Source: a virus. Taken from it: DNA of 64,000 bases. Positions 36,491 to 46,223 of this stretch are shown piece by piece (position 1 is the stretch's first letter; each line of letters starts with the position of its first letter). Under the pieces are notes generated by a model. That model saw nothing but the letters and a program-made list of their open reading frames with translations, had not been told where the DNA came from and did not search any database. The stretch covers positions 1 through 64,000 of the IMG/VR virus record IMGVR_UViG_3300048033_001096, one strand, 5' to 3'. The position numbers were made by a program, and so were the translations under genes.

Positions 36491-37165
36491 ATGAAACTAT
36501 TCTTGAATTCGGAGTGGAAGCGTATAGGAATTAGTCTTAGCGGTGGGGCAGATAGTGCTTTACTAGCATATCTTATACTAAAAGAAACTAACGCAGATAT
36601 CTATTTTACTACACAAATACGTATGTGGAAGACTCGTCCTTGGCAGCGTTATATTGCACAAGATGTTGTCAAATGGTTTGAAGAACGTTTTCCAAATCGA
36701 ATAGAACATATAGAAGGATTTATTCCTCCTGAAATGGAAGAGCCGCATACTACTAATATTAAAGACGAATACGGAAAATTAAAATCAGGTAATCGTATTA
36801 TACTCAGAGCGCATAACGAATGGGTTATACACACTTATAATCTCGATGCATGGTATGCTGCCGTTACACAGAATCCAGAAGACGTACCTGGTGGTCCAGA
36901 AGAACGATACGAAGGCGTATTACCATTACATATGAAACATATGGGAGTTGACATCTGTCATCCTTTCGTGTATACTACTAAGGACTGGATTGTCAAAGAA
37001 TATAACAATGAAAATATTTTAGACTTGCTTAACATAACACGTAGTTGCGAAGGTGAGTTTGAAGGATTAGATTATACAACATATACACCAAGACAAATTG
37101 TTCCTACTTGCGGAAAATGTTTTTGGTGTAAAGAACGAGAGTGGGCTATTGAGCAAAACAAATAG
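36491..37165 (+). CDS. PP-loop ATPase, QueC-like
   Basis: ISLSGGADS, PF..TK, TRSC and CGKCFWC.ER. Confidence 0.75.
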   Translation: MKLFLNSEWKRIGISLSGGADSALLAYLILKETNADIYFTTQIRMWKTRPWQRYIAQDVVKWFEERFPNRIEHIEGFIPPEMEEPHTTNIKDEYGKLKSGNRIILRAHNEWVIHTYNLDAWYAAVTQNPEDVPGGPEERYEGVLPLHMKHMGVDICHPFVYTTKDWIVKEYNNENILDLLNITRSCEGEFEGLDYTTYTPRQIVPTCGKCFWCKEREWAIEQNK

Positions 37166-38420
37166 TTGTACATTTTGTATGCATCCTTTTACAGGACTTG
37201 CTACACGAGAAGACGGTGCTATCAAAGTATGCTGTCGCAGCCAACCTATTGGATTTATACAAAATGAAACCCTAGAAGAAGTTTGGAACGGTGATGCTAT
37301 GCGTGAAGTGCGTAGGCAAGTGCTAAACAACGAGCGCCCGGACGTATGTAAACCGTGCTTTGACTTAGAAGATCAGGGTGTACAGAGTTTACGACAGCGT
37401 CATACAGCAGGAGTAATACCAGAAGCTAGGATCAACTTATATCCAAATGCACTAGATGCATTAGACGACGATTACAGCATGCCGTTTGAGCTTCCTACGA
37501 TGGAAATCAAACTTAACAATTTGTGTAATTTAAAGTGTCGTATGTGCAACCCACTTGACAGTACAAGTTGGAAAGACTGGGATCAAGTAACTGAGTTTTA
37601 CAAAAAAGAAGATAACATTCTCATTCCTATTGTTGACAAACTTACTACTAAACCGGGTCAGTATATTGGTCCTTTTGACAATAGTGATAATTGGTGGGAA
37701 TCATTTGAAAAACTTTTGCCTCACTTTAGGCGTGTAGAGTTTGCAGGTGGGGAGCCACTGATGGACCCATATCATTATAAAATACTTGACAAACTTGCTG
37801 AGTACGGTGATAACATAGAACTAAAGTACGCTACAAACGGCACTACGCTAGGTATTAAAGGCGGACGTACTATACACGACTATTGGCCTAAGTTTAAAAG
37901 TATTGCTGTAAACGTAAGCATAGACGGCTTACACGACACATATGAATACATTAGAGGTAATGGTAAGTTTGAGGAAATAGAAGAAAATATTAAAGTGTTT
38001 AAGGCATTTCCTAACGTAACTAGAGTAGTTGGTGCGTTTACTGTACAAGCAAACAATATAATGCAGATTGATAGTGTTATTGATTACTTTATTAACAAAC
38101 TAGGCATTGTGTTTTATTCACACCGTGTTAATTATCCTATGGCACTAAGTGCGCAGGTGTTACCTCCTAAATTAAAAGAACGTGTAGTACGCAAACTAGA
38201 AATGATGAAGGCAGGTGTACTAGAATATACTGCTATAAAAGAAAACAAGTTGCTCGAAACTGTTACATTACAACAAATACAAGATAACATCAATTTTTTA
38301 GAAGCAAAATGTATGTACGACACACATTGGCAAGACTGTATTAACTTTAATCGTGCGTTAGACAAAACTCGCAATCAAGACTTTCTTGCTGTAAATCCAG
38401 AGTTTAAACCGTATGTATAA
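37149..38420 (+). CDS. Radical SAM enzyme with N-terminal Cys module
   Basis: FCMHPF...VCC...CKPC; CNLKCRMC; AGGEP; probable TTG start 37149. Confidence 0.9.
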   Translation: MSKTNSCTFCMHPFTGLATREDGAIKVCCRSQPIGFIQNETLEEVWNGDAMREVRRQVLNNERPDVCKPCFDLEDQGVQSLRQRHTAGVIPEARINLYPNALDALDDDYSMPFELPTMEIKLNNLCNLKCRMCNPLDSTSWKDWDQVTEFYKKEDNILIPIVDKLTTKPGQYIGPFDNSDNWWESFEKLLPHFRRVEFAGGEPLMDPYHYKILDKLAEYGDNIELKYATNGTTLGIKGGRTIHDYWPKFKSIAVNVSIDGLHDTYEYIRGNGKFEEIEENIKVFKAFPNVTRVVGAFTVQANNIMQIDSVIDYFINKLGIVFYSHRVNYPMALSAQVLPPKLKERVVRKLEMMKAGVLEYTAIKENKLLETVTLQQIQDNINFLEAKCMYDTHWQDCINFNRALDKTRNQDFLAVNPEFKPYV

Positions 38421-39315
38421 AGTTACATCAAAATGGCCGCATCAAGATTCAATTAAAGTTGAGTGGAATTTAGGAAAACGCTGCAATTTAGATTGTGCAT
38501 ATTGTCCTGCAGAAATACACGATAACTTTAGTCCACATACTAATATTAAAGTATTGTTAGACACTGTAGATGCACTAGCAGAATTAGATAAACCTATACG
38601 AGTAAGTTTTACTGGAGGGGAGCCATGTATACATCCAGACTTTGAAGAACTTATTAAACATGCACGTCAAAGATTAGATTGGATTAATGTAACTACTAAC
38701 GGACTACGTAAGGCAGAATGGTATGCAGAAGCCCCAGTAGATCACTATGTGTTTAGTTTACATTTTGATAACGAACACTGGGAACGTGCTATGGATAATA
38801 TAATGTTCTTTGCACAACACAATGAAAACTTAGATAGAATTCCTTTTCAAGTCAATGTAATGGCACATCACGAACATATGGATCGTGTTAAACTTGCTGT
38901 TGCACGGTTTCACGGACATAACATGCCTTACGTAATAAGACGCATACGATGGACACAAGCAGAGGATCGTGATTGGTTTGACGATATGCGTTACACAGGT
39001 AAAGACTTAGAATGGATTTTAAAAACTAATGCTACTGCATTACCTAACTGTGTAATAGACGAACACAAACTAAAGCATGCTAACGATATTATAAAAGAAA
39101 ATCTAAATAATTTTGAAGGATGGAATTGCGCTGCTGGTGTAGAAAGCCTAATGATTAATTGGGACGGAGAAGTACATCGTGCTACTTGTCGTGTAGGCGG
39201 AAGTTTAGGCAATATTTATGATGGTAGCTTTGAGGCTCCTAACGAATGGGTTACATGCACACGCAAATGGTGTACTTGTGCTGCGGATATTCCTCTTACA
39301 AAGATTGAATCTTAA
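38413..39315 (+). CDS. Radical SAM enzyme with C-terminal SPASM-like domain
   Basis: CNLDCAYC; TGGEP; WNCAAG...ATC...CTRKWCTC. Confidence 0.9.
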   Translation: MYKVTSKWPHQDSIKVEWNLGKRCNLDCAYCPAEIHDNFSPHTNIKVLLDTVDALAELDKPIRVSFTGGEPCIHPDFEELIKHARQRLDWINVTTNGLRKAEWYAEAPVDHYVFSLHFDNEHWERAMDNIMFFAQHNENLDRIPFQVNVMAHHEHMDRVKLAVARFHGHNMPYVIRRIRWTQAEDRDWFDDMRYTGKDLEWILKTNATALPNCVIDEHKLKHANDIIKENLNNFEGWNCAAGVESLMINWDGEVHRATCRVGGSLGNIYDGSFEAPNEWVTCTRKWCTCAADIPLTKIES

Positions 39316-40261
39316 TTTTATCTAACAATTGTTCGGGCTGACAACCACAAAAATCTACATCACATATTTTTGGTTTAATTACAGGATTAAATTTTTCTGT
39401 AAACTTAGGATCATTTAGGTTATAGTTTTCAAACAATACTGTTCGACAGGCACCTGTTATACGACCGTCTTTATCAATGTAAACATTGTCAACGCCTACA
39501 TTACATAACCACCCTTTAAAATAATTTTGTTTATTTAACCCTATCCAATTTCTATTTACAGTTTTTTTCTTACCATTGTCAAGAACTACTTTAGGGTCTC
39601 GTTTTAAATTTTTGAGATGTTTTAATATCCAAATAGGATTAGGAAAACGTTTTACTGGTTTGCTAATAAATTTTAATTGCTCAGGTGTATAATGAATTGT
39701 ATTGTGCATTACTTCCATAGCATTAATAAACCATCTGCGCTTACTGTATTTTAATTGTTTAATTATACTAACACACTTATCCCAGGCAAACGGATCCATT
39801 AGTACCATTGCATTTACTACTGAGCCTTTATCATAAACTATATCAGCAACTTTTTTAAGATGATCTATATCTGCGTACTCGTGGTGTACACTAATCATTA
39901 CATCGTCAAAATATTTTGCATACTGATCCCACCAACGTAAAGTACGGCTTCCGTTTGTACTAATACTAACCCAAGAATTATAATTATGTTTAAGTTGTTC
40001 TACAAACTCTCCTAATGCAGGCCACAATGTCGGCTCTCCGCCAACTATATGAATTTCAAATCGTTCTTTACCATAAGACTTATAATGATTTAACAAATGA
40101 AAAAAGTTTTTTGTTGTGCTATTTAGATCACCTGTCCATCTGTAATCACCTTCGTTAGAACCTTTAAAGCAATACCAACATTTGTGGTTACAAGTGTTTC
40201 CAATCATAAATTCTATTCTTAATGTTTTTGGATCTTGTGAGTTTATTACTTGTGTAATCAT
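39296..40261 (-). CDS. Radical SAM enzyme with C-terminal SPASM-like domain
   Basis: CNHKCWYC; GGEPT; STNGSR; WLCNVG...GAC...CDVDFCGC; start 40261 by ATGA coupling. Confidence 0.9.
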   Translation of the reverse strand: MITQVINSQDPKTLRIEFMIGNTCNHKCWYCFKGSNEGDYRWTGDLNSTTKNFFHLLNHYKSYGKERFEIHIVGGEPTLWPALGEFVEQLKHNYNSWVSISTNGSRTLRWWDQYAKYFDDVMISVHHEYADIDHLKKVADIVYDKGSVVNAMVLMDPFAWDKCVSIIKQLKYSKRRWFINAMEVMHNTIHYTPEQLKFISKPVKRFPNPIWILKHLKNLKRDPKVVLDNGKKKTVNRNWIGLNKQNYFKGWLCNVGVDNVYIDKDGRITGACRTVLFENYNLNDPKFTEKFNPVIKPKICDVDFCGCQPEQLLDKIKIQSL

Positions 40262-41661
40262 AATAGATGTGCCAATTCTGGAAAAAAGTTTGCTGCGCAT
40301 AAACCTCTAATAGAATCTAGTTTATTTACATACTCTTTAAAGCCGGATAACAAATGACTGTTATCTTTCGAATCCATATGATTTAATAAGCCTTCCCATT
40401 GTCGCCATCCCTTAGGGTTATGTATCCAAAATTCATCATCCTGTGTAAAATTATCCCATAACCAATTTTTAAGTTCTGAAAATCGAACGTGTACATCTTG
40501 TTTATCTTTTTCAGGCAACATAGTAATATTAAGAAATGTAGGAATATGCACAAGGTGTGCATTTACTAATCCGCCTCCCATTACGTTACCGTCAATTAAT
40601 CCTATGTTTACTTTTTTAAAGTTACTGTTAACTTTCCACTTGATAAACTCTGGTATAGTTTTTATATTGAATATTTGTACTGCTGTTGCAATACTAATGT
40701 GTATGTTGTCAGGAGTGTCATCTAACAATCTTAATGTGCGTTCGACATCACTAAACTTTGTAGGAAAGCGTATATACTCGTCACGCTCTGCAAAGCTGTC
40801 AATACTAATAGCAAACTTAACTTTTTTAAATTTACTCCATAACTCAATTAGTTCTTCGTCAACAAGTATACCGTTTGAATTATAACGTAGTAGTATATTT
40901 TGTTCGTATCCTTGACGTACAATCTCTTCTAAGAAAGTTTTATGCTCGCGAATCATTAGAGGTTCGCCGCCAGCAAAGTACACTTGTTTTAGGTTAGGAA
41001 TTTGTGCATACAATTCATCCCAAAATTCTTTACGCTCATGCCACTTGTTATTAAACTCTTTTTTATCCCAACGCATTTGTTTTTTAACATCGTCATCTTG
41101 TAATACTGGAATAAGTTTTTGCCAGTCTGATACCCATTTACTACTATCATGCGGACTACACATTACACATTTAATGTTACAGGTATGTCCTAATCGTAAA
41201 TCTAAATATCTTAACTGTTCGGGCAATGTACCGTCAGTACTTGTCTGAGTGATTAGCTCTTCTACATCAATACCTTCATCATTCATCCAAGTAGCAGTTT
41301 CCCAAATACGCTTACTAACAATGCCCTGGGCTTCTTCGTCAAAGCATCCTTTACAACTTGCAGGTATTTTCCCTGCAAGCATAGTAGTACGAACACTTTT
41401 CATATAGTCGTTATTGAATGCTTCGAGCGGAGTATTACGAGCAAAGTTTGCAGGACGCCCATCTTCCATTTTAACAAGTCCTACTTCGTGATCTTCGCCT
41501 GCACCACTAGCATTAGCTGTACAACAAAGTCTCATATCACCATTAGGACGAGTTGCTAAATGTATCCAGGGCAGTATACAAAAAGTACACGACGACTTAG
41601 TTTCTAAGTCACGCTGAAACTTACCAAGTCTTGTATCATCCTTTGCATACCAATATTTCAT
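40258..41661 (-). CDS. Radical SAM enzyme with N-terminal Cys module
   Basis: FCILPW...LCC...CKGC; CNIKCVMC; AGGEP. Confidence 0.9.
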   Translation of the reverse strand: MKYWYAKDDTRLGKFQRDLETKSSCTFCILPWIHLATRPNGDMRLCCTANASGAGEDHEVGLVKMEDGRPANFARNTPLEAFNNDYMKSVRTTMLAGKIPASCKGCFDEEAQGIVSKRIWETATWMNDEGIDVEELITQTSTDGTLPEQLRYLDLRLGHTCNIKCVMCSPHDSSKWVSDWQKLIPVLQDDDVKKQMRWDKKEFNNKWHERKEFWDELYAQIPNLKQVYFAGGEPLMIREHKTFLEEIVRQGYEQNILLRYNSNGILVDEELIELWSKFKKVKFAISIDSFAERDEYIRFPTKFSDVERTLRLLDDTPDNIHISIATAVQIFNIKTIPEFIKWKVNSNFKKVNIGLIDGNVMGGGLVNAHLVHIPTFLNITMLPEKDKQDVHVRFSELKNWLWDNFTQDDEFWIHNPKGWRQWEGLLNHMDSKDNSHLLSGFKEYVNKLDSIRGLCAANFFPELAHLL

Positions 41662-42260
41662 TTCTTTTTACCAATTATCATATAGCGTTCATACTTTGGT
41701 GTATCTAATGTTCCTCTATACAAAGGCTTTATTTTACTCATACGTGTAAAGTCTGTTAAATCTATAGCACAACGAACATGCTCATCGTGTGTAAAATAGT
41801 TATTGCTCTGAAGTACAATTAATGCATCATCTGGCTGATTGTCTAGCCAGGTTACATACTGTTCTTGTGTAATATGTTCGCAACTGGTGTTTATAACTAC
41901 ATCAGCATTAGTAGTGTATTCGCACATGTCTGCTGTTACAGCACTAAACTTACCTTGCATCTCTTGACGCTTGTTTACTGTGTTTGCTATATCTTTGCAC
42001 ACAGGGTCTATATCCACGCTTGTAATGCTGTTTAACGGTAGGCGACTGTTAAAGAGTATACTTGCCAGCACTCCGTTCCAACCACCGTATATGACTATGC
42101 TATTCTGTTTTGTTTTGGATATTGTATTATATAACTCTGTTGCTAACCAAACTTTACTATTAACTTGACCTTTCCAAAAACTTTCAAGTGTGCGATAACG
42201 ATCATCGCTGTTGCGAACTGCATCCATCCAAAAAAGTACGTCTTGTATATCAACTTTCAT
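41658..42260 (-). CDS. Putative class I SAM-dependent methyltransferase
   Basis: IYGGWNG (motif I), SVDID, TADM, VINTSCEH. Confidence 0.7.
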   Translation of the reverse strand: MKVDIQDVLFWMDAVRNSDDRYRTLESFWKGQVNSKVWLATELYNTISKTKQNSIVIYGGWNGVLASILFNSRLPLNSITSVDIDPVCKDIANTVNKRQEMQGKFSAVTADMCEYTTNADVVINTSCEHITQEQYVTWLDNQPDDALIVLQSNNYFTHDEHVRCAIDLTDFTRMSKIKPLYRGTLDTPKYERYMIIGKKK

Positions 42261-43240
42261 ATTTTTCTCTTTGGTATTTTTGAGTCAGCACTGCTTACAC
42301 AACTAGGTGTAATGCACTTAGATGGTGCTTTAAACAGCTCAAATCCGCCGTCTAACGTGCCTAAGGGGGCGTCGTGGCAACTGTAGCTGCGCTTAACTTC
42401 GTTCTCACGTATAACGCATCCTTGATAGCCTGCGTTACAAGTCCATCCTTCAAACTTGTTAAAACCAAACGCATTAAAACGCTCTGCTTGATCTAACTCG
42501 TACTCTATTCCTTTATCGTCATAGAGTGCGATTTGGGCAATTTGCTCACCTCTCCATTTTTGAGGGAAGCCTTGTCGCATTCTTGTGATCTGGTCTTTAG
42601 TGTATCCATGTACCACGTGGGAGGCGGTAGGATCGGACTGGGGCTTGAGAGTAACGTTAATACCTCTGGCGGCAAATCGTTCCAAACGCTCGTAAAGTGC
42701 TTCAAACATTTCTGGAACCATAACTTGATTGATTGTAACATGTGTTCCTCCATTCATTAGTTGCAAGCATTTGTCTCCAAACTCTTGCTCGTTTGCAAAC
42801 TCTGCATGATAACTTGCCGTTATACTTCTGCGTTGCAAAGTCTTAGTGCTGTCTAACCATTTGCGCCACCATTTACTACCTGGAGACAAGTTTGTGGTCA
42901 TATGTATACTTTGGTACTCGGGTGCTGTATCACTACAGTAATGATCTACGATCTCCCCAAAGTATTTATATGCAGTAGGCTCGCCGCCTGAGAAACTAAA
43001 GTGAAAATCGGTGAAGTTATTTGCACGAGCCTGTGCTTTGATACTATCCATGGCCTTTAAGTACGTTTCTAGATCTTGGTGGTCCGGGGTACTAGATCTA
43101 GCGTATGGCCAGCAATAAGAGCAGTTATAATTACAAAATCTAGCCAGGATCCACGAAACCGTGAAAAGATGGCTCTTTAGGAGGGTTTTCTGCCCAAAGT
43201 GGGTAATATTATCCCAGGGTATATTTGTTGTTGTCGTCAT
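42257..43240 (-). CDS. Radical SAM enzyme with C-terminal SPASM-like domain
   Basis: CNYNCSYC; SGGEPT; WTCNAG...YSC...CITPSC. Confidence 0.9.
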   Translation of the reverse strand: MTTTTNIPWDNITHFGQKTLLKSHLFTVSWILARFCNYNCSYCWPYARSSTPDHQDLETYLKAMDSIKAQARANNFTDFHFSFSGGEPTAYKYFGEIVDHYCSDTAPEYQSIHMTTNLSPGSKWWRKWLDSTKTLQRRSITASYHAEFANEQEFGDKCLQLMNGGTHVTINQVMVPEMFEALYERLERFAARGINVTLKPQSDPTASHVVHGYTKDQITRMRQGFPQKWRGEQIAQIALYDDKGIEYELDQAERFNAFGFNKFEGWTCNAGYQGCVIRENEVKRSYSCHDAPLGTLDGGFELFKAPSKCITPSCVSSADSKIPKRKI

Positions 43241-44270
43241 AAATTAATTTACTACACTGTCTTGCACATGTCATGCATTTGTTTTTTCCTTGCCAAAAAT
43301 CTGGCAGTTTTTTAAATAAATTTTCATTACTATCTAATACACCGTCGTGACAGTTTGGAATACCTACAGTCTTTAATATACTTTTGGTATTATCTACACT
43401 TAAATTTCTTAGAAAATGTATAGGTAGTTTTTCTTCTAATGGGTGTTCTAAATAGTCGCCGCCTAACCAACAACACGGAAATATATTGCCATAAGGATCA
43501 ACATAAATGCCTTTATCAGTTACACATTTAGGATCTATAGTTGCTGCTTCAATTGCAGCGTTTCGTACTTCTTCATCTACTAGTGCGTTTAAACTTTTAT
43601 TAGGTGTACGTTTAAAACGTTCTGTTTGTGCAGGCTTAATAGTATATTCTACTTTGCCTTCATAGTCATGCACTTCATATTCTTTCATTTCGTAAAAGCG
43701 TGTAGTACTTACAAAATTAACACCCTTTACACCTAAACTTAACAAGTAATCTTCGAGTAAGTCTGCTTCTAATTCGTTATGTGCAAACACTAAACTATCA
43801 ACTCTTGCTGTACCGCCTGCATTAATAAATGCAGTCATGTTTTCAATTACTTTATCAAACTTTGTATTTTTACGATATAGTTCGTGCTTGCCTTTAAATC
43901 CATCTACTGCAAAGATTACTTCAATATTGTATTGTGCAAGTTTAGCCCACCATACAGGATTACGCATGCCGCCATTAGTGTGTATTGCTAACCTTACTGT
44001 AGGATTACATTCGCGCACATATGCATATATTTCTAAGCAATCGTTAGCAAATGCAGGATCACCATAATTACCACAACTATAAAAATTTTCTAACTGTTGT
44101 AAAAATTGTTTAGGAAACCATTCCTTAAATTGTACTAGCCCCATGTCTCCATTACGGATAAACGGACGAGTTGCTCCTCCGTGATAATTCCTAGCACACA
44201 TTGGACATTGTGCTTGACATTTATCTGTAAGTTCGATATGAACCGTTTTAATATCAGATACTAACTGCAT
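43209..44270 (-). CDS. Radical SAM enzyme with C-terminal SPASM/twitch domain
   Basis: CQAQCPMC; GNYGDP; HTNG; FAVDG; PKC...FPCC...CMTCARQC. Confidence 0.9.
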   Translation of the reverse strand: MQLVSDIKTVHIELTDKCQAQCPMCARNYHGGATRPFIRNGDMGLVQFKEWFPKQFLQQLENFYSCGNYGDPAFANDCLEIYAYVRECNPTVRLAIHTNGGMRNPVWWAKLAQYNIEVIFAVDGFKGKHELYRKNTKFDKVIENMTAFINAGGTARVDSLVFAHNELEADLLEDYLLSLGVKGVNFVSTTRFYEMKEYEVHDYEGKVEYTIKPAQTERFKRTPNKSLNALVDEEVRNAAIEAATIDPKCVTDKGIYVDPYGNIFPCCWLGGDYLEHPLEEKLPIHFLRNLSVDNTKSILKTVGIPNCHDGVLDSNENLFKKLPDFWQGKNKCMTCARQCSKLIYDDNNKYTLG

Positions 44271-46188
44271 TAAACTGTTCCTTTAGCCAATCAAAATCAT
44301 TAATTAAATTTAACTGATTTGGGCTATTGCGATTATCATTACCCCAAGCACAGCCACTGCGAGCGCCGTGAATAGCGTATTTTCCAAACAGTGTATCTGA
44401 TCCCATTTTGCACCAGGTGCTAAGTCTTTCTTCTGTTTCATTATCTACTTGTCCTCGTATTGTTTTAGATGATAGTTTACAGCACTCTCTAAATGCGCTC
44501 TTCCATGTTGAAAAGGCATCTGTATCAAATGCTGTTATGTTGCTTACACTTTCCATAGCATTAAACTTAGAACTAATACTTGTTGTCATATCAGTTTTAG
44601 TTGTATCCATATTAAGTGTTTCATTTACAGGAAACAATTTAATACCGCCATAGCCATATTCTAAATTGTTAATAGGGTTACGACTTCGCCAAACAAAGAC
44701 TTGATCTCTTTGCCATTTAGGTACTTGATGTTCGAAGGTAAAATCCTCTAACACTTGTGCATCACCATCTACAACAAAAAACATATTTGTTGTACATATC
44801 TTTGCTGCTTCTATGTGTGCTTGATGTATTCCTTTTATACCATGTACACGTTTTGCTCTTGGAAAACGTTGTTTAAGCATAGTATAGTTATCATCTGCGT
44901 TAGGTTCGTTATAAGAAATGAATACAATATCATAAGGCTTAGGCGTACTAACAGTTATATCAATTTCTTTTTTATTTACAAAAAATCTATAATCAAATTC
45001 TCGTTGCGCAAGTGGTTTGTCTTTATGAATTAAGAACACTCCGTCGTGATATTTGTCGTTTTTAAATACATGAATATTATCACGCTCGTAGTAAGGTATG
45101 TGATATTTAAAATCCCACGATACATCTACATCATTAGGTATAACATAGAAAAAGTCTGTGTTAACTTTTTTTCTTAACTTACAAAACTCTTCGTATGTGT
45201 TTACTACGATATTATCGTATGCCAGCGAATCACTTGCTACAGTATTGTGTTCTTTTTTGTTTGTGATAAATTTATACTTAAATTCACGCTCGCTTATAGA
45301 TGCATGTTTACTACATAGAACAATACCATCATAATAGTCACCGTTTTTAAATACATGATTTATTTTTCTGTCGTACTCATTGTCGTGACTAAAATACATT
45401 TCAAATTTAAAATCTTCACGCACTTGTACATGCGGAGGTATCATCCAAAACAATTCTGTTTCAACACTGTTTAAAAAAGACAAATATTCTTCATAAGTAT
45501 TAACGACACAAATTTCGTATTGTCTAGGACCACTTACAACATCGTCCCATTGTTTTGCATTTACTAAGAACCTGTAGTCAATTTGTTTTTTGTTAAGTGG
45601 CTTGTTTTTCGAACATAAGAATACGCCATTGTATAATTTCCTTCCATCAACATCATGTACAAATGCATGATTTTCCTTTCTATCGTAACTATTGTGGTGA
45701 CTAAAATAAAAGTTGTTTATGTATGTTTGATCATATTTTAAATTGCGCGATACTGCCCAAAACATTTCTGTTGAGCTGTTTTCTAATGCATACTCATATT
45801 CTTCCCAAGTGTCAATATAAAATAAATCAAACGGCTTAGGAGTACTTGCTACTATGTCTACTTCTTTCTTGTTTATAAAGAATCTATGGCGAATCTCGCG
45901 TTCTGCTATTTCAGCACGTTTTGGTACAAGTATTATACCGTCATAAGTTTCACCATTTAAAAATGTGTGGATATAGTTCTGACTGTAATCGTCTACACGA
46001 TAATCAAATTTAAAATCATCTGCAATATTAATATCAGGCCAAACGATCCAAAACATTTTTGTAAACACAATCGACTGTGCATCTTTAATGCTGTTAGCAG
46101 ACTTTGCTCTTGGATATTCTTGTTTTAATTTATTCCAAGAATCTTTTGCATAGGCTGTACTGTCATTTATAAAAACGATGTCATACAT
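44254..46188 (-). CDS. GT-A glycosyltransferase-like protein with four N-terminal degenerate repeats
   Basis: C-terminal IVFISYNEPNA...RVHG.KG...FFVVDGDA (DxD)...W.SAFRE; four ~100-aa repeats upstream. Confidence 0.7.
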   Translation of the reverse strand: MYDIVFINDSTAYAKDSWNKLKQEYPRAKSANSIKDAQSIVFTKMFWIVWPDINIADDFKFDYRVDDYSQNYIHTFLNGETYDGIILVPKRAEIAEREIRHRFFINKKEVDIVASTPKPFDLFYIDTWEEYEYALENSSTEMFWAVSRNLKYDQTYINNFYFSHHNSYDRKENHAFVHDVDGRKLYNGVFLCSKNKPLNKKQIDYRFLVNAKQWDDVVSGPRQYEICVVNTYEEYLSFLNSVETELFWMIPPHVQVREDFKFEMYFSHDNEYDRKINHVFKNGDYYDGIVLCSKHASISEREFKYKFITNKKEHNTVASDSLAYDNIVVNTYEEFCKLRKKVNTDFFYVIPNDVDVSWDFKYHIPYYERDNIHVFKNDKYHDGVFLIHKDKPLAQREFDYRFFVNKKEIDITVSTPKPYDIVFISYNEPNADDNYTMLKQRFPRAKRVHGIKGIHQAHIEAAKICTTNMFFVVDGDAQVLEDFTFEHQVPKWQRDQVFVWRSRNPINNLEYGYGGIKLFPVNETLNMDTTKTDMTTSISSKFNAMESVSNITAFDTDAFSTWKSAFRECCKLSSKTIRGQVDNETEERLSTWCKMGSDTLFGKYAIHGARSGCAWGNDNRNSPNQLNLINDFDWLKEQFNAVSI

Positions 46189-46194
46189 TATATT

Positions 46195-46223
46195 ATAGTA
46201 CACTCATTCATACATCATGTCAA
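46195..46223 (-). promoter_or_regulatory. Sigma70-type promoter, predicted leaderless transcript
   Basis: TTGACA (46223-46218), 17 bp spacer, TACTAT (46200-46195); ATG lies 7 nt downstream at 46188. Confidence 0.6.

Noticed and set aside
36491-37165. Assigning the gene symbol queC
   Set aside because: PP-loop and Cys motifs are present but QueC-specific motifs were not seen, and the gene is far from folE/queE
42505-42760. Overlapping alternate-frame ORFs in a GC-richer part of a radical SAM gene
   Set aside because: Short, no motifs, and expected where local GC is higher
44254-46188. Diversity-generating retroelement or DNA tandem repeat explanation for the GT repeats
   Set aside because: Repeats are diverged and visible only at the protein level; no reverse transcriptase or near-identical template repeat
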